Assembly: GCF_900079115.1 (NCBI RefSeq)
Contig: NZ_LT549890.1
Span: 720,001 to 752,000, forward strand
Source of the DNA: Saccharolobus solfataricus
Lineage (GTDB): Archaea > Thermoproteota > Thermoprotei_A > Sulfolobales > Sulfolobaceae
Reading direction: 5' to 3'
Length of the DNA stretch: 32,000 nt
Below are positions 1 through 9,507 of the stretch, piece after piece. The translations under genes and the position numbers were made by a program. Positions within the stretch are counted from its first letter, which is position 1. Each line of letters opens with the position of its first letter. Below the pieces are notes generated by a model, which saw only the letters and a program-made list of their open reading frames with translations, was not told the DNA's origin and made no database searches.

Positions 1-196
1 ACTTGTTAACGTAGTAAGACAAGTTCTCTCCAGTACCGCAGCCTATTTCTAATATCGACTCTTTACTTTTTGCAAATTTTTCAATCGCGTCCTCAGTTAG
101 TTTTATCCTCCTAAGCATGTGGGCTGTTAACTCTAACTTAGCGTAGTGTTGCTCGTAGAATTCCTTTATTGGGTCTTTAGGCATATATGAGTACAT
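1..196 (-). CDS. Class I SAM-dependent methyltransferase, N-terminal part only (gene runs off the left window edge)
   Basis: Absent from the ORF track because it is open at the edge. Reverse-strand translation from ATG 196 (alternative ATG 184) gives MYSYMPKDPIKEFYEQHYAKLELTAHMLRRIKLTEDAIEKFAKSKESILEIGCGTGENLSYYVNK. ILEIGCGTGEN is the glycine-rich SAM-binding motif I of Rossmann-fold methyltransferases. Confidence 0.6.
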   Translation of the reverse strand, partial: MYSYMPKDPIKEFYEQHYAKLELTAHMLRRIKLTEDAIEKFAKSKESILEIGCGTGENLSYYVNK

Positions 197-200
197 AATG

Positions 201-210
201 TTTATATTTA
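201..210. promoter_or_regulatory. TATA-like element TTTATATTTA(AA) between two divergent genes
   Basis: It reads as a TATA box on both strands (reverse complement TTTAAATATAAA). Its centre is about 25 nt from GTG 230 (+) and about 22-24 nt from ATG 184 (-), the usual spacing for leaderless Sulfolobales transcripts. Confidence 0.4.
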
Positions 211-229
211 AAAAACCTATTGTGGAAAT

Positions 230-964
230 GTGGAGTTCATTCCGCCTAAACGATTGCTTGAATTAATAAGACAATATAGTACGACTTTCGAGAACTGGCA
301 TTCAGTAATGCTCAGTATTTATCTTCATAAAGAGAGGATAAAGTGTAAACTAAGAAATGGGCAACTACTGTATTTGAAACCTAACGAGATAGTCTTGCTG
401 GCTGGGCTAAAGATCGTTGAACTTAATGAAGATAGTGTGAGATTTCAATTTAATGGAAGGGAAATTTGTTTGAAGGGTTGGAAATTAAGTTATCCAGGTG
501 ATTCCTTCTCAGATTATTGGAGAATAGACGTTAGGGGAAAGAGAGTGTTAGATATAGGGGCAGGGATTGGGGATTCCCCAATTTACTTTTCCATTGCAGG
601 AGCGAAAGAGGTGGTAGCAGTAGAAGTAGACAGTAAGAAAGTTGAACTAATGAGGGAAAACTTAAAGGCTAACAGTATCAATAACGTTATTGTGGTAGAC
701 AAGGGCGTAGGCATAAAGGACGATGAAAATTATATCAGTTGGCCAAAATTAATCTCTAATTATGGTCCATTTGATGTAGCTAAAATAGACTGCGACGGAT
801 GTGAGAAAATCATAGTCCCTTATATCAAGGAAATACCGAGTTTGCTCATAGAATGGGATTATAACTATAAGGATATAGTAAGTAATCTGACTAAAAACGG
901 GTATAAAGTAAAAGTTGAGCACACCCTAAAGAACTTAGGGTTTATTTATGCAAAGAAGCGGTGA
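230..964 (+). CDS. FkbM-family SAM-dependent methyltransferase (paralogue 1)
   Basis: 244-aa ORF with a GTG start. VLDIGAGIGDSPIYFSIAGAKEVVAVE is SAM motif I plus the acidic strand. KIDCDGCEKIIV aligns with the K-x-D-x-E-G-x-E signature of FkbM/Methyltransf_21 enzymes. Clear paralogue of 3025..3948 and 9508..10413. Confidence 0.8.
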   Translation: MEFIPPKRLLELIRQYSTTFENWHSVMLSIYLHKERIKCKLRNGQLLYLKPNEIVLLAGLKIVELNEDSVRFQFNGREICLKGWKLSYPGDSFSDYWRIDVRGKRVLDIGAGIGDSPIYFSIAGAKEVVAVEVDSKKVELMRENLKANSINNVIVVDKGVGIKDDENYISWPKLISNYGPFDVAKIDCDGCEKIIVPYIKEIPSLLIEWDYNYKDIVSNLTKNGYKVKVEHTLKNLGFIYAKKR

Positions 965-970
965 TAAACC

Positions 971-2020
971 ATGAAGATCTTTTTCCTCACCAGTCGTCTT
1001 AAAGAAAGAGACGGGGCCAGTAGGGCTATAATAAATTTTTCTAAAGGAATAAAACAAATAAGTCGATATGAACCAGTAATTATTTCATTATCTACCTCAA
1101 TAGGCGTAAACAAACTTGGAAACATAGAAATAATTAATATCGATAAAGGTTTAGGGCTGCTTTCAAGCTTTAGAATTCTTTTAGGCTCTCCGTCCCCTCT
1201 AAAGCCCTTTAAAAAATATCTTCATGATGATGGAATATACATAGTCGCTGTTGAAGACATAATTCCCGTTTCAGAATTTAAAGACGACTTAATCTATTGG
1301 AGTCAAGGAGTGTTAACTAGTGTATTTTTCTGGGAACCGTTTATTAGAAGGAATAAGCTAGTTTCAGCATTAGCGTCTCCATTTCTCCTATATAATGCGA
1401 TAAAATTCTCGAATTTCGTTAAGAAATATAAGGTTGTATTAGCGAATAGTAAAACCTCAGCCGTCTATGTTTCTTTACTTTACAACAGACCCCCTAAGGC
1501 AGTAGTTTACCCGCCCTTAAATACAGATTTCTTTAAACCTTCTAAGAATAAAGAGAAGTTCGTGTTAGTGTTTCTAAAAAGAGGATATCCTTCTCACGTA
1601 GATCTGCTAACTAAAATCGCGGAAAAAGTAAAGATGAAGAGCATAGGGTATAAGATACCTAACGCCGAGTATTTAGAGAGAGTTTCTGATGAGGAATTAA
1701 GGGATCTCTACTCTTCAGCATTGGTTACATTGTACCCTATTGACTTCGAGTATTATGGTTATATACCGGTTGAGTCTATGGCCGCTGGGACACCAGTAAT
1801 TGCTTTTAGGTATTCTGGGGGACCAGCTGAGACTATAGTAGATGGGGAAACAGGTTGGTTAGCATCAGATGAAGAGGAGTTTTATAGACTAACAATAAAA
1901 GTTTATAACGAAGGTTACCCAGAAGATACTAGTGTGAAAAGCAGAAAAAGAGCTGAAGAGTTTTCTATACAAAATCAGACTAAACTGCTGTTATCTATTA
2001 TTGAGAAACTAAAAGCATGA
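971..2020 (+). CDS. GT-B fold glycosyltransferase, family 4 / group 1 type
   Basis: 349 aa. The C-terminal EYYGYIPVESMAAGTPVIAFRYSGGPAETIVDGETGWL matches the E-x7-E nucleotide-sugar-binding region typical of GT4 enzymes. It starts 7 nt after the preceding methyltransferase. Confidence 0.8.
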   Translation: MKIFFLTSRLKERDGASRAIINFSKGIKQISRYEPVIISLSTSIGVNKLGNIEIINIDKGLGLLSSFRILLGSPSPLKPFKKYLHDDGIYIVAVEDIIPVSEFKDDLIYWSQGVLTSVFFWEPFIRRNKLVSALASPFLLYNAIKFSNFVKKYKVVLANSKTSAVYVSLLYNRPPKAVVYPPLNTDFFKPSKNKEKFVLVFLKRGYPSHVDLLTKIAEKVKMKSIGYKIPNAEYLERVSDEELRDLYSSALVTLYPIDFEYYGYIPVESMAAGTPVIAFRYSGGPAETIVDGETGWLASDEEEFYRLTIKVYNEGYPEDTSVKSRKRAEEFSIQNQTKLLLSIIEKLKA

Positions 2021-2986
2021 TTATATAGAGAGCATTGAGTTACTCCGAACTTTTTTTAGATAGAGACTTCTGCTTTTCTCCGCTGAGAACACTGATAATA
2101 AGGAAAGTCCTTGTAGGAAGAAATTCCACTTATTAGGGTATTTTAGGGAATATCTTAACATCTTTACCATGCTAATTAAAGCGTCTCTTTTACTAATTTC
2201 TTTTTTAGAAATAATCTTATATAAGAAATCATGCTGAATAATAGACATTTCAATAAAATCTCTCAGGGCTTTGCTACTAAATATTTGCTTAAAATACAAT
2301 GCGTCTTCGTATAGCATCTTAAACAATTTGTCATTTACCTCTGTATTACTATTTTGGCTCATAATAATCCTGTAATAAGTCAACTTTCTAAAATCTATCA
2401 TTATAGGTAGGTTATTTTCTACGGCACAAAATAATAGAAATGTATCGACAGATATATTAACATTTTTCAATAAGTCAACGCATCTCATCGCCAAGTCTCT
2501 ACTAATTACTATAGAACTACCGTTAAACCCTGCTTTAAACTTGTATAAAAGTTCCTTCAGCCTTCGAGTGTCAATACTAGTATAATACATAAATCTTTGA
2601 TTATCCGTAGATAAATTAGAACCAGTTAACTTGTTATGAATTACCTCTTGAGCGTTATGATAAAACCCTATATCATATTTACTGAATTTATAGATAACTT
2701 CCCTAATTTTATCTTTACTAAATAAATCATCATCATCCAAAAAGAACAATATATCGCCAGAACTCTGATATATGCCTAATGAAATCTTTCCGCCCAATGT
2801 TTCATCATCAGTATAAATATTCTTAACATGATAAGTTTCTAAAAACGAGTCAATCTGATAGTCCTTGAAATTCTTCACTACTATAATCTCTGTTGGTTTC
2901 AATGAATTTTCCATGACAGACTCAATAGCGTCCTTTATAAACGCCTTCCTCCTATGCGCTGTAACGATTACTGTTGATCTTAACAC
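2021..2986 (-). CDS. GT-A fold glycosyltransferase, family 2 type
   Basis: 321 aa with a GTG start. The N-terminal strand VIVTAHRRKAFIKDAIESV and the acidic motif ILFFLDDDDLF are typical of GT2 enzymes. Paralogous to the broken gene at 7539..8585. Confidence 0.75.
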   Translation of the reverse strand: MLRSTVIVTAHRRKAFIKDAIESVMENSLKPTEIIVVKNFKDYQIDSFLETYHVKNIYTDDETLGGKISLGIYQSSGDILFFLDDDDLFSKDKIREVIYKFSKYDIGFYHNAQEVIHNKLTGSNLSTDNQRFMYYTSIDTRRLKELLYKFKAGFNGSSIVISRDLAMRCVDLLKNVNISVDTFLLFCAVENNLPIMIDFRKLTYYRIIMSQNSNTEVNDKLFKMLYEDALYFKQIFSSKALRDFIEMSIIQHDFLYKIISKKEISKRDALISMVKMLRYSLKYPNKWNFFLQGLSLLSVFSAEKSRSLYLKKVRSNSMLSI

Positions 2987-2990
2987 AAAA

Positions 2991-3017
2991 ACTATAATAG
3001 ATATAACCTATTTAAAC
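2991..3017. promoter_or_regulatory. Two interleaved TATA-like boxes in a 38-bp divergent intergenic region
   Basis: The intergenic sequence 2987..3024 is aaaaactataatagatataacctatttaaactttcata. CTATAATAGA (2991..3000) lies about 27 nt from ATG 3025 (+). CTATTTAAAC (3008..3017, reverse complement GTTTAAATAG) lies about 26 nt from GTG 2986 (-). Confidence 0.4.
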
Positions 3018-3024
3018 TTTCATA

Positions 3025-3948
3025 ATGGCTAACTATGCATCATTTATAGAGGTACTAATAAGTAATTTCAATAGGTATCCATATACCCTTTTCCCTTTAT
3101 ATGCAAAAGCATACAAAAATCCATTAATTGTAGCCCTCAAATCATTATTAAGACATTACCCATTTGTTGTTGAATTAAAAAACGGAGAAAAGGTTTTAGT
3201 GACCGGAAAAGGGTATAAGATCGCCTCTTATTATGCTTTTCTCTATTTAGCTCGCAAAAAAGGTAAAAAAATAAATATAATAGACATAGATGAGAATACA
3301 ATTAAAATAATTTATGATACTAATGAGATAATTTTGAAGGATTATACTAAAGGTGATATCATTGGAGTTTACATTAAGGAAGAATATCAAGATGTAAACG
3401 TAAAAGATAAAACCGTCATTGATTGCGGAGCTGCGATAGGAGATTCTGCTATTTACTTCTCGTTAAAAGGAGCCAAAAGAGTTATTGCGATAGAAGCGTA
3501 TCCAAAGATAGCTAAAATTGCAGAGGAAAACGTGAAACTCAATAACTTTAAGAACATCCAGATTGTTAATGCCGCGTGCGGAACTGATGGTATTGTAACG
3601 GTGAATCCGAGGCTAGGCGGTGGACCAACACCACTGATGAGTTCAAATAACGGTTATACTGTTCCGTCGTTCTCGTTGCAAGGCTTAATAAAAAATTTCC
3701 AAGTAGAGAAAGGAAGCGTGTTGAAGCTAGATTGTGAAGGATGTGAATACGAATTCTTATTAAATGCTGATAGTTCCACATTAGAGTATTTTGACCAGAT
3801 CATAATGGAGTACCATTATGGATATTCTCATCTGAAAAGAAAATTAGAGAAGGCCGGATTTAAAGTGAAGGTAACCAAACCAGAACTATGGAATAATCAA
3901 TATAAAAAGGGTTTAATCCTAGGTAAATTATATGCTTCTAGAGAATAA
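3025..3948 (+). CDS. FkbM-family SAM-dependent methyltransferase (paralogue 2)
   Basis: 307 aa. It carries VIDCGAAIGDSAIYFSLKGAKRVIAIE (motif I) and KLDCEGCEYEFL (FkbM signature with two Cys). The ~130-aa N-terminal extension is laid out as in 230..964 and 9508..10413. Confidence 0.8.
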   Translation: MANYASFIEVLISNFNRYPYTLFPLYAKAYKNPLIVALKSLLRHYPFVVELKNGEKVLVTGKGYKIASYYAFLYLARKKGKKINIIDIDENTIKIIYDTNEIILKDYTKGDIIGVYIKEEYQDVNVKDKTVIDCGAAIGDSAIYFSLKGAKRVIAIEAYPKIAKIAEENVKLNNFKNIQIVNAACGTDGIVTVNPRLGGGPTPLMSSNNGYTVPSFSLQGLIKNFQVEKGSVLKLDCEGCEYEFLLNADSSTLEYFDQIIMEYHYGYSHLKRKLEKAGFKVKVTKPELWNNQYKKGLILGKLYASRE

Positions 3949-3956
3949 TTACATCA

Positions 3957-5180
3957 CTAAAATAACGACATTAAATCTCTATAATATCTTTCGACTACTA
4001 AATCCCAGTCAGTATGTTTTTCGATAAATTTATCCATTTTGTCATTAAAAATAAGGGAGTTGTACTCATCATCATTCATAGTTAAGATTTTTGTAACTTC
4101 GGTCGCCATAAGTTTTATATTATATTCCTCAACGAATTTTACCGCACTTAATCCACTATATACAGATTTAGGCCCAGGTATGTCATAAGCCACCACTGGA
4201 GTTCCCACAGTTATTGATTCCAATATAGCTAAAGAAAAAGAATCTTCATGTGTAGGATATATCATGCATCTAGCTTCCGATACCATATTAAATAATTCTT
4301 CTCTACTAGTCAGATATCCTTTATATATTATGTTATCTTCTAATTGAAGTCTCTTAACAATTTCGAAAAAAATTGCTTTTAAGTTATCATCAGGAAACTT
4401 TCCCATGACTACTATCTTTAACTCCTTATATCCGCTCATTGTTATAACTTCCTTAACTATAAATGGAAGCTCTAGAACTCCTTTTAGTGGAATTAGCCTA
4501 GCAAAAAACACTAGATAATCTTTTTTCTTTGACGCCTCCTTTCGCTTATTTAATAACTCTTTCTCAACAGCTAATGGGGATCTATAACTATTGCCTTTTT
4601 AGAATTGTTAAGCCCTAATGCTCTCAGTTGACCTCGTGAAACTCCATAAATACGTGCTATGAGGTTAGAATATTTAATAAAATTGGAAATTAAGCTTTCT
4701 CTGACACCTTTATAAAATGTATATAAGCTTGTTCCTAGTACTAAGAAAGATATCTATAGGAAAGTTTTTCCTTATTTTCAAGTACTTAATTAGATTGTAA
4801 GGAATTCCAAGCCTAGATGCATGCAAACCCATACCTTGAAGCAACAAAGCGCTTCTGACTTTAAGTTTTCTAGAATAATAATAACTATGATCCAATAGAA
4901 TATGATAATTGTTTATTTTAAAATTATTCTTAAAAAATTTAATTTGATGATAATTAATAGGCCAATAGTTTAGGTCAAAAATCATTTTAATATTATCATT
5001 TTTTAACTCATTTAACATTTTATCAATATAACTCCAATCATTAATCTTGTATGCCACCTTAATATTATCGCCGAATTTGTTTAATAACCTCCTGCTAATT
5101 TGAGCTTCCACGTATGCTGAACCACCCTCTGGTTGCGGATCCATAAGAACTAAAATTTTTTGTGCTATAATCTGACACAC
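3957..5180 (-). pseudogene. GT4-type glycosyltransferase disrupted by two frameshifts
   Basis: ORF 4710..5180 is the N-terminal half and ORF 3957..4511 the C-terminal half (FFARLIPLKGV ... TVGTPVVAYDIPGP). The piece between them reads through in other frames (KGVRESLISNFIKYSNLIARIYGVSRGQLRALGLNNSKKAIVI, then PLAVEKELLNKRKEASKKKDYLVFFARL). The shifts lie near 4712 (T run) and near 4585 (C run). Confidence 0.7.
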
Positions 5181-5186
5181 CCCTTT

Positions 5187-7469
5187 TCAATAGTTTTTAA
5201 AATATCTAAATATCTTAAATCTTTGTAACACATAGATTAAGACCAGAATAATGAAGCCCAGAAAGACCAATAAATACGTTATGTGCACGGTTTGTAATAT
5301 ACTCAGTTTTAATGTGGCTACGTAATTTCCAGCTGGCATTAACCACGCATTTGCGTAACCATTAGCTATATAGTGATGGGTATTTATCTCACCGTTTATT
5401 GTAACTTCCCATAAGGGCGAATACCCCTCATCGAAGACTAAATAAAATGGTCTTGAGGCATTGACTTGAATCTCGTATACCTCGTTACAGTAATCGTTAA
5501 CCACTCTAATATGAACGCCAGAGATATTAGTTATATTAATCGCACCTAACCCGTAAATCACGCTCTGTTTCTGTGCTTTTAGCATATTATTCGCGTAAAG
5601 AAAGAACAACTGGTCACTACTTAGGTTTTCCGCAAGCCCCTCAGATGGATATAATAGACTTACGTTTAAGTTTATCATATACACGTTGTAATAACTATTT
5701 TCCATTACTAACGTTATATTAGGGGTACGAGCTAAAGCCTCAATAAATTTCGTGTAATTCCAAGGATATCCTCCAGCGTAACCCAGAGGAACGCCTGGGC
5801 CTGGATATTCTTGCTTGTTTAACACAATGTACTTCGCCCCTAATAATACGAAATAGTTGGTTATGTTAGTTATGTTAAAAGCTGGAAAGTACTTATAAAT
5901 GGGGTAAATCGCGCTGTTAGCAAGAGATTTTATAATCGCGTTGTTAGCAAGAGCAGGAGATTTTATAACTTGCCCCATAATGTAGTCTGACAAAGGATAA
6001 ATTGTATACCATACAGCTTTTGTTCCGTTATTATCGTACATTCCCGCAGCATACTGCATTGGGAATTCAATTACATTATAAAATTCGTCGTGCACAGAAA
6101 GATAGTTTCCCACACTGACTAACTCAGGGGGTGGGTAGAAAATATTTGTAGCATTAACTGGCAAGTTAAATGCCCTAATTTCTGGGTGTACCTCGCCAGC
6201 TCTAAAAGAGTAAATATAAGACGAGGATAAAAGCAAAATGATTAAGATGAAAAGAATCTTAATGTAATTTCTTCTTTTGCCTAGATATTCAAGGATATAC
6301 AAGAGTGTATAACCTATTATTAGACTACTAACAAAGGAAACAGGAAAACCAGAAAAGATGTATTGTATACTGTACATTAAGCCTATAGCAATGAAACCTA
6401 TGGGAGTAGAGTGTAAAGAATATAAGGGTAAAACATTTATGATTCCAGTAGACAATCCTCCTATTATTAATAATAGAAATAAAAGGGGAGCAAAGAATTT
6501 ACCAGTTTTACCTTTTATAAAGAGTATCGTAGCGAAAATCAGTACAAATATTAATACCCCAATAATTTCATATTTTTCTGGCGAATATAAAGATATAAAA
6601 GAAGATAAAGGAAAGTTTTTGTATTGTGCCTCTGTTTCATATATAACTATTGGCTTCCCTAGAAACTCACCGTGAACACCAACTTGATATGCTCCTATTG
6701 ATGCATTATATGTCTGATAAAGCTGTTCTAATCCAGCTACGATGACAATTAGAGCTATAACGAGGTTCTTTACGGTAAACTGTACAAAAGAAGGTTTACG
6801 TGAAAGTAACCATATTGGAACTACAGTAAATAAATAGAGCACTATAGACCAAAGTAGGTACGTAAATTCGGAAAATAGAGTCCCACTAGCCAGAATTAAA
6901 TACAAAATTATTAAAGAGAATGAAATGACTTTTTCCTTGAAAATATACTTTATGCTAAAATATAGGACTAAAGGAAATAACATATAAAAAATAAAAAACG
7001 GGTAATTTACTCCTAATATAGGCGGCGTATAAGAATAAAATCCCCATGAATATATAAATCCCCCTAATAGTCCAGCTATTAAGGTAAAATAGGAACTGTA
7101 TCGCTTCTCAAGAATTTCAAATATAATATTTAAGAGTTTTACAAAACCCACTTGAGATAGATAAATAAAGAGAAGTAAGTAAATAAACTCTGATAACTCT
7201 AAGGAAAAATGGAATATATTGTATAGTAGAAAAATAATAATTCCCATGAATAATGAATCTTGAGAATAGAAAAGTGGAGCTCCAGGGAAAAAGGGATCGT
7301 TCCAATAATAAAATAAAATTTTCCTAAGTAATATTAATGGAGAAAAAGGATAATTAGAGTCTAACCAGTATATTATTCCATTATCAAGATATGTGTATAA
7401 AAGTATAATATCAAACATTAAAGGAGTTAAGTAGAGTAATAAATATAAGGGTCTAATTTGCTTTAACAT
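5187..7469 (-). CDS. Large polytopic membrane protein with a C-terminal extracytoplasmic domain; possible GT-C-type glycosyltransferase or polymerase
   Basis: Uninterrupted 760-aa ORF. Roughly the first 430 residues are a series of hydrophobic helices, followed by a ~300-aa soluble domain and a final TM helix (ITYLLVFLGFIILVLIYVL). The N-terminal pattern WLDSNYPFSPL...YYWNDPFFPG resembles the first periplasmic loop of GT-C enzymes such as AftD/DUF3367, judged by eye only. No WWDYG motif, so it is not an AglB-type oligosaccharyltransferase. Confidence 0.55.
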   Translation of the reverse strand: MLKQIRPLYLLLYLTPLMFDIILLYTYLDNGIIYWLDSNYPFSPLILLRKILFYYWNDPFFPGAPLFYSQDSLFMGIIIFLLYNIFHFSLELSEFIYLLLFIYLSQVGFVKLLNIIFEILEKRYSSYFTLIAGLLGGFIYSWGFYSYTPPILGVNYPFFIFYMLFPLVLYFSIKYIFKEKVISFSLIILYLILASGTLFSEFTYLLWSIVLYLFTVVPIWLLSRKPSFVQFTVKNLVIALIVIVAGLEQLYQTYNASIGAYQVGVHGEFLGKPIVIYETEAQYKNFPLSSFISLYSPEKYEIIGVLIFVLIFATILFIKGKTGKFFAPLLFLLLIIGGLSTGIINVLPLYSLHSTPIGFIAIGLMYSIQYIFSGFPVSFVSSLIIGYTLLYILEYLGKRRNYIKILFILIILLLSSSYIYSFRAGEVHPEIRAFNLPVNATNIFYPPPELVSVGNYLSVHDEFYNVIEFPMQYAAGMYDNNGTKAVWYTIYPLSDYIMGQVIKSPALANNAIIKSLANSAIYPIYKYFPAFNITNITNYFVLLGAKYIVLNKQEYPGPGVPLGYAGGYPWNYTKFIEALARTPNITLVMENSYYNVYMINLNVSLLYPSEGLAENLSSDQLFFLYANNMLKAQKQSVIYGLGAINITNISGVHIRVVNDYCNEVYEIQVNASRPFYLVFDEGYSPLWEVTINGEINTHHYIANGYANAWLMPAGNYVATLKLSILQTVHITYLLVFLGFIILVLIYVLQRFKIFRYFKNY

Positions 7470-7538
7470 TCTAACACTTTCTCGTTCTTTGTAATTTAAG
7501 TTTTATCGTATGGTTAATAACGATATCCATTAATCAAC

Positions 7539-8585
7539 TTAACCAAACAGATTATTGTACATTTTAACTCTAAAATTATAAATCCTTCTTAGAATGATCT
7601 TCCTTAATGTGAATGGGAAATAGGAAGCGATTGCAAGGATAAAGTTTCTAAGTCTGTCTTCGGCGTATGGATTATTAATAACCTTAAGGATATCATAAAA
7701 ATTCAATTTGCAGATATCATCTGATGGTTTCTTTTTAGTGTTTCTAAATAATTTGTGCAGTACTTTCAAGAACAAATAGTCATACCTCAAAAATTTCTCT
7801 ATTTCTGAACCTTTACTTAATCTATAAATTATCTGCATATCTTCGCATTGAATTCTAAACTTAGAAGAGTAATTGTTTATAAAATTATTAATTAGTTAAG
7901 TTTGAAGATGCAGAATATTTTTGTAATCTATATTTTCCTAGAACTATGTGATCAAACAGCATATCATAGTTTGATAAAAATCCTATAACCAAATAAAATG
8001 AGTCAATAGCTAATTTGATTTGTTTCAAATAAGTATCATATTCCTCTAAAATTTCTCTTCTGATTGCCATGGAAGACACGGACACATAACCGCCTCTGTG
8101 TAAGTTAATAAATATTGTTTTCCAATATTTCGACTTTTCTTGATAACAATTTTACCAGAATTATATAGGTTGTAAGGTAAATTTGCTTCCTTACCGTTTT
8201 CATTAATAATCTTAACTTTATGTCTATAAAAACCTAAATTTTGATTTTGCTTAAATATATCATATATTACCTTTAATTTGGTTCTTTCAAATAGATCATC
8301 ATCCTCTAAGAAAACTACCACATCACCAGATGTTTCTTTTAGTGCTTCAGAAACCTTGGGCCCTATCCATCTATTTTTGGACTGAATAAATTTCCATTTA
8401 TTACATAAATACCTAGAAATCTCAGCTTGATCAAAATTGGCTACGATAGCCTTTGTATTAATCCTAGTAAAGAGTAAAGTTTTTAACCATCGTCTCATAA
8501 CTAAATTACTTGATGCAAGTAGAGTGCAAAGAAGATCTAGATGATCTCACACTAGTGATAATATTAATGATATAATAAAATTCTA
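7539..8585 (-). pseudogene. GT2-type glycosyltransferase, paralogue of 2021..2986, broken into at least four frames
   Basis: The fragments 8046..8498 (VVVFLEDDDLFERTKLKVIYDIF, against ILFFLDDDDLFSKDKIREVIYKF in the intact paralogue), 7888..8085 and 7539..7838 are colinear with the intact gene. The first strand (IINIITSVRSSRS, compare VIVTAHRRKAF) lies upstream of 8498 in yet another frame. Confidence 0.65.
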
Positions 8586-8639
8586 TTATTGCTTTAATGA
8601 TGTCAATGAGTTAATTAAATGGTCTAGATCTAGACCTTC

Positions 8640-9418
8640 TGCTGAAATAAACATCGTTGAAAAAGAAGGAGACTCAGAAATAGTATTTGTAGTCCCTACA
8701 CCGAATGTCAAAGATAAGTTAACATCAAATTTATTGAAATCTATCAAAAGTTTCCATACAATCCTAGTGGAAAGTAAGGGGAGGTATTTTAACTATGCAA
8801 GGAGTGTTAATAAAGGTGTGGAAATATCATTAAAATATAATCCAAATGGATAATTATTAGTAATATGATATAATTATCAGAGATAATATAAAACAGCTTG
8901 TATCAAAGCTACTAAATATTGATAATAAGAGATTTAATTCAATTATAGGTGCTGGAGGCCCACATAAGTTTAAATTATGTAGATTCAATTTCTTGTCGAA
9001 TTTACTACTTTTGTCAAAATATAGGTAAAAATTTACTATTTTAAAGAAATTTAATACAAAATTTTATATATATGAATATAAAGAATTTTTTAGCTTAATT
9101 TGTAGACCATTAATGAGCGTAGAGAATATCTCTTTCTTTGGAGAATTTTTGATTATAAGTCCATATTATATTCTAAGAAATAATGGAATATTGTTCGATG
9201 AAACCTATATTAATGGAGTAGAAGATTTTGATTTATTTTTAAATATATTAAGCACGGGTTCTTATAAGTCTATACGCTTTAATATTGAGCATTTAGGTGG
9301 TAGATCACTAGGAACCGATGATAAAAGATTTCTAAGAAATTATATTAATATGATATATTTAAATTATAAAATTGTAAATAAAGTTATAAAAATTAAGAAG
9401 ATTAATATAAAATTATGA
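8640..9418 (+). pseudogene. Second degraded GT2-type glycosyltransferase
   Basis: The + strand from about 8640 reads SAEINIVEKEGDSEIVFVVPTPNVKDKLTSNLLKSIKSFHTILVESKGRYFNYARSVNKGVEISLKYNPNG then a stop, which is a GT2 N-terminus with an FNYARSVN-type motif. The next segment needs frame changes. ORF 9113..9418 supplies the C-terminal part (FDETYINGVEDFDLFLNI). No usable start codon is present. Confidence 0.6.
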
Positions 9419-9507
9419 TTTTTATAACATAAATAGAAACCGCATTATAAGCGAAATATTGACAAAAGATTTAAATATGAAAAATTGTAGAGATAACAAA
9501 GATATTA

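Noticed and set aside
8621-8636. Perfect 16-bp palindrome GGTCTAGATCTAGACC between the two divergent dead GT2 genes. A related 10-bp core CTAGATCTAG lies at 10419..10428 and AGATC-N5-GATCT at 8533..8547. I considered it as an operator or recombination site.
   Set aside because: About 0.5 perfect 16-bp palindromes are expected by chance in 32 kb (32000/4^8), and more with AT bias. A shared 10-mer is expected hundreds of times. Both flanking genes are pseudogenes, so there is no functional context to lift it above chance.
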